NCBI GenBank assembly: GCA_002841945.1
Contig: PHBI01000012.1
Span: 4,169 to 68,168, forward strand
DNA from: Deltaproteobacteria bacterium HGW-Deltaproteobacteria-14
GTDB taxonomy: Bacteria; Myxococcota_A; UBA9042; PHBI01
Direction: 5' to 3'
DNA length: 64,000 nucleotides
Part shown: positions 1 to 10,512 of the stretch, piece after piece
How positions within the stretch are numbered: position 1 is the stretch's first letter
How the letters are laid out: each line of letters starts with the position of its first letter
Program-made: the position numbers and the translations under genes
Notes under the pieces: model-generated
The model's input: the letters and a program-made list of their open reading frames with translations, nothing else
Told to the model about the DNA's origin: nothing
The model's database searches: none

Positions 1-71
1 CCAAGGCCCGCGGCGGCGTCACCGCGTCGCTGGAGTGGAGTTGGAGGGCCTCCGCGGCTAAGGTCGCCGGG

Positions 72-2966
72 ATGCTCCGCGCCGCCACCGTGATCGCCGC
101 GCTGACCGTGGTCTTCACGGCGCCGCCCACGCGCGCCGGCGCCGACCCGGCGCGCCGCTGGTTCTCCATCGAGACCGAGCACTTCGTGGTGCACAGCTAT
201 GACGGGGGCGAGGCGCTCGCCCGCGAGGCCGCCAGCTACTGCGAGGAGGCCTGGTCGGTCGTGGGCGAGGCGCTCGGCTGGACGCCACAGGAGCGCGTCC
301 AGGTCGTGCTGACCGACGAGGGCGACGGCTCCAACGGCTTCGCGGGGGTCATCCCTTTCAACGCGATCACCCTGTACGCGTGGCCCCCCGAGCCCGAGAG
401 TGAGCTGGGCGACTTCGCCAACTGGCTGAAGTTGCTGGTTTTTCATGAATACACGCACATCGCCCACCTCGACAACGCGACCGGGGTGCCCGAGGTCTTC
501 AACACCGCCTTCGGCCGCGTCATCAAACCGAACCAGGCGCTGCCGCGCTGGGTCACCGAGGGCATCGCCGTGTGGATCGAGAGCTCGCGCACGGGCGGAG
601 GGCGCGTCGGCGCGAGCCGCATGGAGATGTTCATACGCACCGCGGCGCTGAGCGGGCGACTGCCGTCCCTCGCCGAGCTGACGGGGTTCCCCCTCGAGCA
701 TCCCCGCGGGACCAGCTGGTACATGTACGGCGGCTACCTCTTCACGAAGATCGCCGCCGAGGCTGGCGAGGAGGCCGTCAAGCGCTTCGCGACGGCCTAC
801 GGGCGGCGCCTCGTGCCGTACTCGCTCAACCAGGTCGCCCGGCGCACCACCGGCAAGCGCCTCGTCGACTGGTACGAGGACCTCGAGGTGGACCTGCGCG
901 GCCGCGCCGAAGCCACCCGAGCCCGGATCGAGGCCGCCGGGCTCGTCGTCGGCGAGCGGTTCACGACCGGCGGCGAGTACCAGGGGAGCCCGCGCTTCTC
1001 CCCGGACGGCGCGGCCCTCGCTTGGGTCCGGAGCGACGGACACACCGCCGCGCACCTCGTGATGGCCTCGGCCGCCGACGCGCGGGCGCCGCGCGACGTG
1101 ATCCGCTGCGAGGGGGGCTGTGGCGACTTCGACTTCTCCCGGGACGGCGCTCGCATCGTCTACGCGACGAGCCGCCCCTATCGCCAGGTCAACTCCTACG
1201 GCGAGCTCGCCGAGATCCCCGCGCTGCCCGGGCTCTCGCGGCGGACCCCCCGGGCGCTCGCCCGCGCCCGCCGCGCGCACGCGCCGACGATCAGCGCCGA
1301 CGGCGCGCGCGCCTGGTACGTCGCCGCGAGCTGGGGGCGCACCTGGCTCGAGGCCGTCGACCTGACCAGCGGCGACATCGTGCAGCGCATCGATCCACCC
1401 GCGGCGGACGGCCGCATCAACGACCCTGTGGCCGACCCGACGGGGCGCTGGCTCTACGTCTCCATGCACACCCACGGCAACCGCGACCTCTACCGCGTGG
1501 ACACCCGGAGCGGGGCGTTCGAGGCGCTGACCGCCGGCCGCGCGGTCGAGCTCGACCCGACGGTGACCGCAGACGGGCGCTGGCTCGTCTACAGCGCCGA
1601 TCCGGACGGTGTGTACAACATCTACGCGCGCGAGCTCGCCACCGGCGCGACCCGGCAGCTGACCAACGTCCTCACCGGGGCGTTCGATCCCGCCGTCTCC
1701 CCCGACGGCGCGACGTTGGTCTACGCGGGCTGGACGTTCGACGGCTTCGAGCTCTATCGGCTGCCCTTCGCGGCGGCGGAGGCCGCGCCGGCGCCGGCGG
1801 AGACCCGCGCCCCGCTCGCCGCGGAGCCACCGCAGCCGGTGGCGATGCGGCGGCTCGCGTATCAGGCCCTGCCGACGATGCTCCCGCGCAGCTGGTTGCC
1901 GAGCTGGACCGCCGACTCGACCGGCCTCGGGCGGCTCGGGCTGACGTTCACCGGGGCCGACGCGGCCAACCTGTGGGCGGCGTCGATCAGCGCCGAGTGG
2001 GCCTTCGACCAGGACGACTTCAGCGCCTCGGCGTCGGGGACGCTGCGGCTCGGCTACCCCGACCTGACGCTCTCCGTCGGGCGCTACGCGTGGGACCGCT
2101 CCGCCTTCGTCGGTGACGCGAGCACCGACTACCGCGAGGAGGTCCTGTTCGCCTCGGCCGACGTGTCGCTGGCCCTGCCGAGCGTGTTTACGGGCCTGTC
2201 GGTGGGGGTGGGCTACACCGTCGACGTCGCCCGCGGCCTCGACGTCGATCCCTACGCCCACACCCCGGAGGAGCGCCGCCCGTTCATCCCCCGCGAGGGA
2301 CCCAACGGGGCGCTGAACCTGTGGTGGAACCTCAGCGACGTCCAGTCCTTCACCTTCAGCGTGTCGCCCCAGCTCGGTGGGTCGCTCTTCATGAACCTGC
2401 GCCTGCGCGACCCGGGCCTCGGCGCGCCGGTGTCGGCGTATACCGTCAGCTGGGTGGCGCGCGGCTACCTGCCGCTGCCCTTCGACGATCACGTCCTCTC
2501 GCTGCGGCTCGGCGGCGGGATCTCCGGCGGCGACACTGACGCGCGCTCGCTCTTCGGCCTCGGCGGCGTCCCGGAGCAGGATCTCCTCACCGACCTCCTC
2601 AACCAGACCAACGCCGGCGCGGTGTGGCTCCGAGGTTTCGACGTGGGCGCGTTCACCGGCACGAGCTACGCGATGCTCACGGCCGAGTACCGCCTCCCGC
2701 TGTGGCGGCCGCGGCGCGGCCTGGCGACGTTCCCCGTCTTCCTCGGCGACGTGTCCCTGGGCGTATTCTGCGACGCCGCGGTGATCGGCGACGAGCCCTT
2801 CACCGGTGCGCTCTTCGACCACCCCAAGGTGGGCCTCGGGGCGGAGCTTCGCTGGACGATGGACCTCTTCTACGGCTTCGCCGTCGGCTTGCGCCTCGGC
2901 TACGCGCGCGGGCTCGGCCCCGACGGCACCGACCAGGTCTACGTCCTGATGGCCCCGCTGCCGTGA
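72..2966 (+). CDS. Secreted multidomain protein. N-terminal HExxH zinc-metallopeptidase-like region, then TolB/PD40-like beta-propeller repeats, then a C-terminal beta-rich (possibly OM barrel-like) region.
   Basis: 964-aa ORF. N-terminal signal peptide (MLRAATVIAALTVVFTAPPTRAGA). HEYTHIAH (HExxH) motif. Recurring SPDG/ISADG/VSPDG PD40-type repeats. Upstream ORF ends at 61. A hairpin follows the stop. Confidence 0.8.
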   Translation: MLRAATVIAALTVVFTAPPTRAGADPARRWFSIETEHFVVHSYDGGEALAREAASYCEEAWSVVGEALGWTPQERVQVVLTDEGDGSNGFAGVIPFNAITLYAWPPEPESELGDFANWLKLLVFHEYTHIAHLDNATGVPEVFNTAFGRVIKPNQALPRWVTEGIAVWIESSRTGGGRVGASRMEMFIRTAALSGRLPSLAELTGFPLEHPRGTSWYMYGGYLFTKIAAEAGEEAVKRFATAYGRRLVPYSLNQVARRTTGKRLVDWYEDLEVDLRGRAEATRARIEAAGLVVGERFTTGGEYQGSPRFSPDGAALAWVRSDGHTAAHLVMASAADARAPRDVIRCEGGCGDFDFSRDGARIVYATSRPYRQVNSYGELAEIPALPGLSRRTPRALARARRAHAPTISADGARAWYVAASWGRTWLEAVDLTSGDIVQRIDPPAADGRINDPVADPTGRWLYVSMHTHGNRDLYRVDTRSGAFEALTAGRAVELDPTVTADGRWLVYSADPDGVYNIYARELATGATRQLTNVLTGAFDPAVSPDGATLVYAGWTFDGFELYRLPFAAAEAAPAPAETRAPLAAEPPQPVAMRRLAYQALPTMLPRSWLPSWTADSTGLGRLGLTFTGADAANLWAASISAEWAFDQDDFSASASGTLRLGYPDLTLSVGRYAWDRSAFVGDASTDYREEVLFASADVSLALPSVFTGLSVGVGYTVDVARGLDVDPYAHTPEERRPFIPREGPNGALNLWWNLSDVQSFTFSVSPQLGGSLFMNLRLRDPGLGAPVSAYTVSWVARGYLPLPFDDHVLSLRLGGGISGGDTDARSLFGLGGVPEQDLLTDLLNQTNAGAVWLRGFDVGAFTGTSYAMLTAEYRLPLWRPRRGLATFPVFLGDVSLGVFCDAAVIGDEPFTGALFDHPKVGLGAELRWTMDLFYGFAVGLRLGYARGLGPDGTDQVYVLMAPLP

Positions 2967-2981
2967 GCCTGGGCGCGCCGC

Positions 2982-3012
2982 CCGGTCGCGGGAGGGGCGA
3001 CCGGCTTGTCTG
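2982..3012 (+). terminator. GC-rich hairpin, a candidate intrinsic terminator after the 72..2966 CDS.
   Basis: Inverted repeat CCGGTCGC-GGGAGGGG-CGACCGG 16 nt after the stop, followed by CTTGTCTGG. Confidence 0.45.
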
Positions 3013-3081
3013 GCCCTGACCCTGCGCATCTGCTACCTTGCGACGCGGTCGCGAGACGGCCCATCGAGCGGTGACGAGGAC

Positions 3082-4014
3082 ATGAAAAGAACGCGCCTGC
3101 ACGCCGCGCTAGCGGCACTCCTCCTGGTTGGGATGCTGTCCCTGCCTGCGCGCTCGGCGCATGCGGCCGAGCGTGTTCTCGGCATGAACGTCGAGGGCGA
3201 TCGCCTGTCCAAGAAGGACCGGGCCGATCTGCTCACGGTCGTCCAGGCCAAGCTCGGACACTACCCCAGCCTCGAGCTGCTTCAGCCGCCGGCCAACGAG
3301 CTGACCGACGAGATGATCGAGCTCGAGTGCGTCGACATCGACCTCGACTGCCTCGCGCGGCTCGGCGGGAAGTACGGCGCCGACACCGTCTTCTACACCC
3401 AGATCGACGCCGACGCCGGCAAGGGCTACGTCGTCGCGGTGAAGGTCGTCCAGACGGCCAAAAAGAAGCTCCTGCGCGACAGCTCGACCAAGGTCGCGGC
3501 CGCCGCTGGGCTCGGCGCGGCGCTCGAGGCCGAGATCGAGGCTACGTTCGGTAAGCCCCCGACCCCACCGGTCGCGACCACGACGGGCTTTCTGGTGATC
3601 GCGCCAAACGTCCCGGGGGCCGCCGTCTACGTCGGGACCGATCTGGCGGGGACCGGGAACGTGCGCCTCGAGAAGCTCCCCGGCGAGTACACGATCCGCG
3701 TCGTCCAGGACGGCTACGTCGAGCAGATCGTGACCGCCACGGTCGTCGCCGGCGAGACCACGACCCGCACGGTCGAGCTCGTGATGGCGGGTGACGGCAA
3801 GAAGCCGGGAGACGACAAGAAGATCGACGACGACGACGGGGGTGGGGACTGGATCCTGTGGGCCGTCATCGGCGCGGTCGTGGTCGGCGGGACCATCGCC
3901 ATCATCGCCGCGACCTCCAGCGGCGGCGACGACACCGTCCGCGCTCCGGTCGTCTTCTCCATCGACGGCAACAACGCCTGGCGCGACGCCAGCGTCAGCG
4001 GAGGTCGCCCATGA
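3082..4014 (+). CDS. Signal-peptide protein with a PEGA-like domain and a C-terminal transmembrane anchor.
   Basis: N-terminal signal MKRTRLHAALAALLLVGMLSLPARSAHAA. Segment LEKLPGEYTIRVVQDGYVEQIVTATVVAGETTTRTVEL is PEGA-like. Hydrophobic helix WILWAVIGAVVVGGTIAIIAATS near the C-terminus. Its stop overlaps the next start (ATGA). Confidence 0.75.
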   Translation: MKRTRLHAALAALLLVGMLSLPARSAHAAERVLGMNVEGDRLSKKDRADLLTVVQAKLGHYPSLELLQPPANELTDEMIELECVDIDLDCLARLGGKYGADTVFYTQIDADAGKGYVVAVKVVQTAKKKLLRDSSTKVAAAAGLGAALEAEIEATFGKPPTPPVATTTGFLVIAPNVPGAAVYVGTDLAGTGNVRLEKLPGEYTIRVVQDGYVEQIVTATVVAGETTTRTVELVMAGDGKKPGDDKKIDDDDGGGDWILWAVIGAVVVGGTIAIIAATSSGGDDTVRAPVVFSIDGNNAWRDASVSGGRP

Positions 4015-5783
4015 CGGCGCTCTCGATCCTGTGGCGCGGCGCGCTCCCCCTCACCCTCGCGGTGGCGCTCCTCGCGCCGCCGCTGAGCGGCTGTGACAAG
4101 GCCTCGGACGGCGGCGTCGGCAGCCTCACCCTGGCCCTCGAGGACGGCCACGGCGGGTGGTTCCGCCTCCGCATCTACGACGCGGCGCCGGGCGCCGACC
4201 TCGCGGGCGACTCGGTCTTCGACACCGGCTGCGTCGAGGCCATCTCCCGGACCTACGAGCTGACCAACATCCCGGTCGGCGGCGGGCGGACGGTCGTGTT
4301 CGAGGGCTTCTCGAGCGCGCAGTGCGAGGCCACGAGCCGCCTCGAACTCGGCTACCGCGGCGGCGTGACCATCGCGCAGAGCACGCGGCCCTACTATCAC
4401 ATCCCGATCTACCAGGACGGCGCGGTGTCGGCGCTGCCTGTCGACCTCAACCTGTCGGCCTCGGTCGCCGAGCCCATCGAGTATTGTGACGCGGCCGACG
4501 ACTGCGGGGTCGGCGGCACGGAGGTCTGCTACGACGGGGCGAAGCCGCAGTACTGGTGCGTGCCGACCTGCGCCCAGGACAGCGACTGCGCCAGCATCCA
4601 CCCCCTCGCGACCTGCGACGTCGCGGCCGGCTGGTGCATGCTTTACTCGCCGTTCCCGCTCAACCTCTCCGAGCCGCGCGCCTTCGGCGCCGCGGCGACC
4701 CTCGCGTCGGGGGACGTCGCCTTCGTCGGCGGCGTGGGCGCGGTCAGCGGCGGGCGCTTCACCCGCACCGAGCACCTCCTCGAGGTCTTCGACCAGGCCA
4801 CCGGGCTCTTCGTCGCCCGCGGTGCGGCCGGGGTGCAGGACTGGCCGGCGGCGCTCTCGGGCTTCGCGGACCTCGGCGGCGACCGCGTCGCGCTGGTCGG
4901 CGGCGTGTCCTCGCTGGCGGTCTCCTGGGACGCCGCCCACGGTGCCCTCTCGACCGCCGGCAACACCTGGAGCGACCTGCTCCGCTCGGACCTGGTGATC
5001 ATCGACGTCGCCAAGGGGACGGCGAAGGCATCGACGCTGCCGCGCCCGATCGCCCAGCCGACGGTCGTGCGGCTCGGGCCGAGCAAGCTCCTCGTCGCGG
5101 GCGGCGGGACCGGCGAGGTCCTGGCCGCGAGCCGTGACGCCTGGATCTGCACCGTCGAGAGCGATCTCGCCGTGGGCTGCGAGGCCATCTCCCCGATGAA
5201 CGTCGCGCGCATGGGCGCCGCCGGCGCGTGCGTCGACGCCGCCTGTGACCAGGTCCTCGTCATCGGCGGAGCGTCCGGCGCGCCGGTCGCCGAGCTGCTC
5301 GACGCCACCGGGGACGTCCCGGTCTTTCGCGCCCTCGCCGTCGAGGGGGTCGCTGGACCGATCTTCGATCCGGTCTTGTGCGGCCTCGACCTGGTCGGAG
5401 GCTCGAGCACCCGCGGCGCGTCGAGCAACCTCGTCGCCGTCGCCCTCGAGCTGACGGAAGATGGCCTGGTCGCCCTGCCGGATACGGGCGGGCTGCGGCT
5501 CCCTTACGCCGGGGCGGTCGCCCGTGGCACGACGCGCTGCTACACCGCCGGCGGCCTGGCCCCCGCGGGCGAGGTCTCGGCGCAGGTGCTCAAGGCGCAG
5601 GGCGGCGGGCTCAGCGGTCCCGGCTGGACCCTGACGCAGCCGCGCTTCGCCGCGGCGGGCGCGGTGGTCGGCGGATCCGGCCCGCTCGCTGGCCGCGCCC
5701 TCTTCGGCGGCGGCCTTACCATCGCGGATCTCGCCAGCGGGGCGATCGCTTTTGTGCGTGGCGTCGAGGTGCTAACTCCATGA
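4011..5783 (+). CDS. Lipoprotein with a Cys-rich module and probable beta-propeller/Kelch-like repeats. Hypothetical.
   Basis: The long track ORF 3858..5783 is trimmed to the ATG at 4011. That start gives a lipoprotein signal MTALSILWRGALPLTLAVALLAPPLSGC. Cys-rich stretch CDAADDCGVGGTEVCYDGAKPQYWCVPTCAQDSDCA. Start overlaps the upstream stop (ATGA at 4011-4014). Confidence 0.75.
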   Translation: MTALSILWRGALPLTLAVALLAPPLSGCDKASDGGVGSLTLALEDGHGGWFRLRIYDAAPGADLAGDSVFDTGCVEAISRTYELTNIPVGGGRTVVFEGFSSAQCEATSRLELGYRGGVTIAQSTRPYYHIPIYQDGAVSALPVDLNLSASVAEPIEYCDAADDCGVGGTEVCYDGAKPQYWCVPTCAQDSDCASIHPLATCDVAAGWCMLYSPFPLNLSEPRAFGAAATLASGDVAFVGGVGAVSGGRFTRTEHLLEVFDQATGLFVARGAAGVQDWPAALSGFADLGGDRVALVGGVSSLAVSWDAAHGALSTAGNTWSDLLRSDLVIIDVAKGTAKASTLPRPIAQPTVVRLGPSKLLVAGGGTGEVLAASRDAWICTVESDLAVGCEAISPMNVARMGAAGACVDAACDQVLVIGGASGAPVAELLDATGDVPVFRALAVEGVAGPIFDPVLCGLDLVGGSSTRGASSNLVAVALELTEDGLVALPDTGGLRLPYAGAVARGTTRCYTAGGLAPAGEVSAQVLKAQGGGLSGPGWTLTQPRFAAAGAVVGGSGPLAGRALFGGGLTIADLASGAIAFVRGVEVLTP

Positions 5784-6373
5784 TAATGAGTGGTTCAATG
5801 CTCGTCCGCGCGATCCCTTTGTGCGTTGCGATATCGCTCGTCGCGTGCGCCGACGATCCGACGACCATCGTCGAGCTGACGGTCACCGAGACGATCCCGG
5901 TGGACTTCGGCGCGATGAGCGGGGGCGTCTCGGAGTCCGCGGCGGTCACCCTCGCGGACCTGCGCGACGAGTCCGCCTACGCCGACAACCTCGCGGCGCT
6001 GCGGTGCAGCGGGCTCGATCTCGACGGCTCCGGCATCACCGTGACCCAGCTGTCGGTCGGCGCTGGCGCGACCGTGCTGACGTACTCGGTCGAGGTCTCG
6101 GCGGCGGGCCCGGCGAGCTGGACCCAGCTCGCGACCTTCAACGGCTCGGTCATCTCGGGCCAGAGCGTCGCGCTCAGCGATCCGCGCTTCACCGTCGATC
6201 CCACCGGCATGGGGGTGCTCCAGGGCATCATCCTCAGCCCGACCCCGACGCTGGCGGTGCAGGTGCGCGCCCAGGTCCCGGGCGACCTCGACGCGATGCA
6301 GGTCGCGCTCAAGCTCGTCCAGGTGTTCTCGAGCGAGACCAACGGGTGCCCGACGCTCGCGACCGGGAGCTGA
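5780..6373 (+). CDS. Small lipoprotein. Hypothetical.
   Basis: In-frame ATG at 5780 gives MIMSGSMLVRAIPLCVAISLVACADDP (lipobox LVAC). ATGA overlap with the upstream stop (5781-5783). Protein-like composition continues to the stop at 6373. Confidence 0.7.
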   Translation: MIMSGSMLVRAIPLCVAISLVACADDPTTIVELTVTETIPVDFGAMSGGVSESAAVTLADLRDESAYADNLAALRCSGLDLDGSGITVTQLSVGAGATVLTYSVEVSAAGPASWTQLATFNGSVISGQSVALSDPRFTVDPTGMGVLQGIILSPTPTLAVQVRAQVPGDLDAMQVALKLVQVFSSETNGCPTLATGS

Positions 6374-6374
6374 G

Positions 6375-7331
6375 ATGCACGCCAGCACGAGCGCTCACCC
6401 GGCGGCCGACCCACGCGACGTCGAGGGTTTCCACGCCAGCACCGTCGTCACCGACGACGGCGTCCGCCTCTGCGTGTACGAGCGGCCGGCGCCCGAGCCC
6501 GACGCTCCGACGCTGTTCCTCGTCAACGGCCTCGGCGGTAACCTCATCACCTGGCGCCACCAGATCGCGCGCCTCGGGCCCCACTACCGCATCGTCACCT
6601 GGGACTACCGCGGACTCTATGCCTCGGCCCTGACCCCCGCGCAGAAGTCCGCCAAGGTCGCCCTCGACGTGCCGCGGCACGCCCGGGACGCCATCGCCAT
6701 CCTCGACCACTTCGAGGTCGAGCGCGCGGTCTTCGTCGGCTGGTCGATGGGGGTGCAGCTCAACTTCGAGCTCGCGCAGCGCGTGCCTGAGCGCATCATC
6801 GGCATGATCCAGATCGCCGGCAGCTTCGGACGCTCGCTGTCGACCACGTGGTTCGGCAAGCCCGGTGAGCGCTTCATCCTGCCGGCGATGGGGATCTTCA
6901 AGCACGTCGTCGCGAACGGCGGCCGGCTCATCGATCGCGCCATCGAGAGCGGTCTCCTCATCGGCGCGGCCCGGCGCCTCGGCGTCGTGGCGCCGAGCAT
7001 CGACGTGGGGCTCACCCGGGAGCTCGTCGCCGCCTACGTGCATCTCGACTTCGACGTGTACAACAAGATCCTCGGGACCCTCGGAGACCACGACGCCGAG
7101 GCGGCGCTGCCGACCCTGCGGGTGCCGGTCCTGATCCTGGCGGGCGACCGCGACCCGATGACCCCGGCCTGGCTGTCCAAGCGCATGGCGGCCGAGATCC
7201 CCGACGCCGAGCTGGTCATCGTCGCCGGCGGCTCGCACTACGTCCCGATCGAGTTCCCCGAGCGCGTCAACGCCGTCCTGACCGACTGGCTCCACCGCAA
7301 GCTCGGCCACGACCTCGGGAGCGGCCAATAG
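6375..7331 (+). CDS. Alpha/beta-fold hydrolase.
   Basis: 318 aa. Nucleophile elbow VGWSMGVQL (G-x-S-x-G). Typical alpha/beta hydrolase N-terminal core LFLVNGLGGN. Starts 1 nt after the upstream stop. Confidence 0.85.
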   Translation: MHASTSAHPAADPRDVEGFHASTVVTDDGVRLCVYERPAPEPDAPTLFLVNGLGGNLITWRHQIARLGPHYRIVTWDYRGLYASALTPAQKSAKVALDVPRHARDAIAILDHFEVERAVFVGWSMGVQLNFELAQRVPERIIGMIQIAGSFGRSLSTTWFGKPGERFILPAMGIFKHVVANGGRLIDRAIESGLLIGAARRLGVVAPSIDVGLTRELVAAYVHLDFDVYNKILGTLGDHDAEAALPTLRVPVLILAGDRDPMTPAWLSKRMAAEIPDAELVIVAGGSHYVPIEFPERVNAVLTDWLHRKLGHDLGSGQ

Positions 7332-7450
7332 CCCTGCGCGCTCGCCAGCTCCTCCGGTGAGCCAAACAACGGCAGGTCCTCGACCGATGCGATGGGAACC
7401 GGGTCCAGCTTCGGCAAAGAATCACGAGCTCTGAGCGCGGGGGTGTGAAC

Positions 7451-7490
7451 CACGGAGGACACGGAGGGGCGCCTCTCCGTGTCCTCCGTG
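7451..7490 (+). terminator. Strong hairpin, a candidate terminator after the alpha/beta hydrolase gene.
   Basis: Perfect 16-bp inverted repeat CACGGAGGACACGGAG-GGGCGCC-CTCCGTGTCCTCCGTG about 120 nt downstream of the stop at 7331. Confidence 0.5.
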
Positions 7491-7678
7491 CCTGTCGCGG
7501 GCCGCGTGGCCGCCTGCGGCGGTTGGCTCGTTCGCGGCGCGGCGCCCGCGCACCCGACCGGGATTGCCCGGTCGGGTCGAGTGTTTAGGATAGTCGGACC
7601 GGACGGTCGCCGGCTCCGAAGACGAGCTCCCCGCAGGTTGTGACCCGGCCGTCCGTCGCTCGAACGAGAGAGAGGCCC

Positions 7679-8413
<735 letters not shown>

Positions 8414-8421
8414 GGGCGCCG

Positions 8422-10509
8422 ATGCGCTGGGTCCTGGTCCGAATCGCCCTGCGAAACCTGCGCCTGCACTGGGTGCGCACGTTCATCGTGGGCATCCTGC
8501 TGATGGTCGGCACCTGGCTCCTCGTGGTGGGGCAGGGCGCCCTCGAGGCGATCCAGGAGGGGATGCGCCACAGCGTCGTCGACACCGTCGCGGGCGACCT
8601 CCAGATCTACTCCGCGAGCGCCAAGGACGACCTCGAGCTCTATCAGTCGGCCGCCCTCGCGGCGCCGGACATCGGGCAGATCGACCACTGGGACGCGCTG
8701 CACGAGGTCCTCGAGGGGCTGCCGGAGGTCGCGTCCGCCATCCCGATGGGCAAGAGCCTGTCCATCGTGACCGGCGGCTCCATGCTCGACACCAAGCTCG
8801 CCGAGCTCCGCCGCGCCATCAACGAGGGTGACGAGGAGCGCGTCGCGCCCCTCGTCGCCCATGTCCGCCAGCTCATCCGCAGCCTCGGGGGCGAGCTCGA
8901 CAAGCTCGCGAAGGTCGCCGCCGACAGCGCGGAGATCGTCGAGCAGCGCGCCGACCTCGCGCGCGCCGAGGAGGACGCCTTCTGGGCCGGCTTCGCGGCC
9001 GATCCGCTCGACGCCCTCGAGTTCCTCGAGAACAAGATCGCGCCGCTCGGCCTCCAGAGCGGCCTCTACTTCCTCAGCTTCTTGGGGACCGACCTGACCG
9101 CTTTTCAGAAGAACTTCAAGAAGTTCGAGATCATCAGCGGGGAGATGGTGCCGCCCGGCGAGCGCGGCTTCATGTTCAACACCACCACCTACGAGCGCTT
9201 CATCAAGCACCGGACCGCGCGCCGCCTCGACGAGGTCAAGGAGGCGCGGGACTTCGAGGGGCGCCGCATCGCAGACGACGACGACCTGCGCCGCAAGGTC
9301 GAGCGCAACGCCAAGCAGGTGACCTCCATCACCGATCAGCTCGACCCGGTGCGGACCGGGGAGGTGACCGAGCTGCTGCGGACCGAGATGGGGCTCCCCG
9401 AGGCCGAGCTGCCGGAGCTCATCACCGCCTTCATGAGCATGACGGACGGCAACTTCGATCAGCGCTACGCCTGGTTCTACGAGCACCTGGCGCCGCGCAT
9501 CCGCCTCTACGCCTTCGAGCCCGGCGACACCCTCACCCTCTACGGGCAGACCAAGTCAGGCTACCCCCGCGCGGTCAACATCAAGGTGTGGGGGGTCTAC
9601 GGCTTCAAGGGGCTCGAGCGCTCGCAGCTCGCCGGCGCCTTCCACCTGATGGATCTGGTGACCTTCCGCGAGCTCTACGGGCTGTCCGACCCGGTCACCG
9701 CGGCCGAGGTGCGGGGCATCGAGGAGCGCTCCGGCATCGCGACGGTCGCTCGCGAGGGGGCCGAGGAGGCGCTCTTCGGCGGGGACGCCGAGGTGGTTCA
9801 GGAGGTCGCCAGCGCCGCCTTCGACGAGGTCGCCGGGCGCGACCTCGCGGGGCTCAGGCGAGCGGCGGAGGCCAAGCGCGCCGCGGGGTTCACCCAGGAC
9901 GAGCTCGACCACGGGCCGGTGCTCAACGTCGCGGTCTTCCTCAAGGACGCCGAGCAGGGCACGCTCCCGTGGGTCGCCGAGCGGGTGCGCCTGGCCGCGC
10001 TGAGCCACGGGATCGCCGTGCAGGTGGTCCCGTGGGACGTCGCGCGCGGCGACACCGTGAGCGGCATCTCGCTCGGCATCTCGCTCTTGTTCTATGTCTC
10101 GGTGACCCTCGTGTTCCTCGTCGCGCTGGTCATCATCGTCAACGCGCTCTTGATGTCGACGACCGACCGCATCTCGGAGATCGGCACCATCCGGGCGGTC
10201 GGCGGGCAGCGCGGCTTCGTCATGCAGATGTTCGCCGTGGAGGCGGGGGCGATGGGGATCATCTTCGGCGTCGTCGGCGTGCTGCTCGGGGCCCTGACCG
10301 TGCTGAGCGCCGGGGCCAACGGCATCCCGGCGACCTCGGAGCTGCAGTACTTCATCTACGGCGGCACGAGCCTGCACCCCGAGCTCGTCCCGCGGCACCT
10401 CTTCGTCGCCTTCGGGGTCATCGTCGTCGTCACGCTGGTGTCGAGCCTCATCCCGGCTTGGGTCGCCTCGCGCATCTCCCCCGTCACCGCCATGCAGACG
10501 AAGGAGTGA
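8422..10509 (+). CDS. ABC transporter permease of the FtsX/MacB-like family, with a large periplasmic domain.
   Basis: 695 aa. N-terminal transmembrane (TM) helix, a roughly 450-aa extracytoplasmic region, and a C-terminal 3-TM FtsX-like bundle (ISEIGTIRAVGGQRGFVMQMF...). Lies 9 nt after the ATPase gene. Confidence 0.85.
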   Translation: MRWVLVRIALRNLRLHWVRTFIVGILLMVGTWLLVVGQGALEAIQEGMRHSVVDTVAGDLQIYSASAKDDLELYQSAALAAPDIGQIDHWDALHEVLEGLPEVASAIPMGKSLSIVTGGSMLDTKLAELRRAINEGDEERVAPLVAHVRQLIRSLGGELDKLAKVAADSAEIVEQRADLARAEEDAFWAGFAADPLDALEFLENKIAPLGLQSGLYFLSFLGTDLTAFQKNFKKFEIISGEMVPPGERGFMFNTTTYERFIKHRTARRLDEVKEARDFEGRRIADDDDLRRKVERNAKQVTSITDQLDPVRTGEVTELLRTEMGLPEAELPELITAFMSMTDGNFDQRYAWFYEHLAPRIRLYAFEPGDTLTLYGQTKSGYPRAVNIKVWGVYGFKGLERSQLAGAFHLMDLVTFRELYGLSDPVTAAEVRGIEERSGIATVAREGAEEALFGGDAEVVQEVASAAFDEVAGRDLAGLRRAAEAKRAAGFTQDELDHGPVLNVAVFLKDAEQGTLPWVAERVRLAALSHGIAVQVVPWDVARGDTVSGISLGISLLFYVSVTLVFLVALVIIVNALLMSTTDRISEIGTIRAVGGQRGFVMQMFAVEAGAMGIIFGVVGVLLGALTVLSAGANGIPATSELQYFIYGGTSLHPELVPRHLFVAFGVIVVVTLVSSLIPAWVASRISPVTAMQTKE

Positions 10510-10512
10510 GCC

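Noticed and set aside
2-61. Tail of an upstream + strand ORF ending at a TAA at 59-61.
   Set aside because: Only 19 codons are visible, too little to call a gene.
572-2116. 514-aa ORF in another frame inside the 72..2966 gene. Similar long frame-shifted or opposite-strand ORFs lie at 3714..4940, 4643..5428, 5795..6388, 6309..7328, 7238..8371, 7951..9486, 9556..11811, 11250..12887, 12577..14535, 13164..14456.
   Set aside because: Translations are Arg/Ala/Pro/Gly-rich with no motifs. They fully overlap genes that have clear domain signatures and signal peptides. These are the shadow ORFs expected at about 70% GC.
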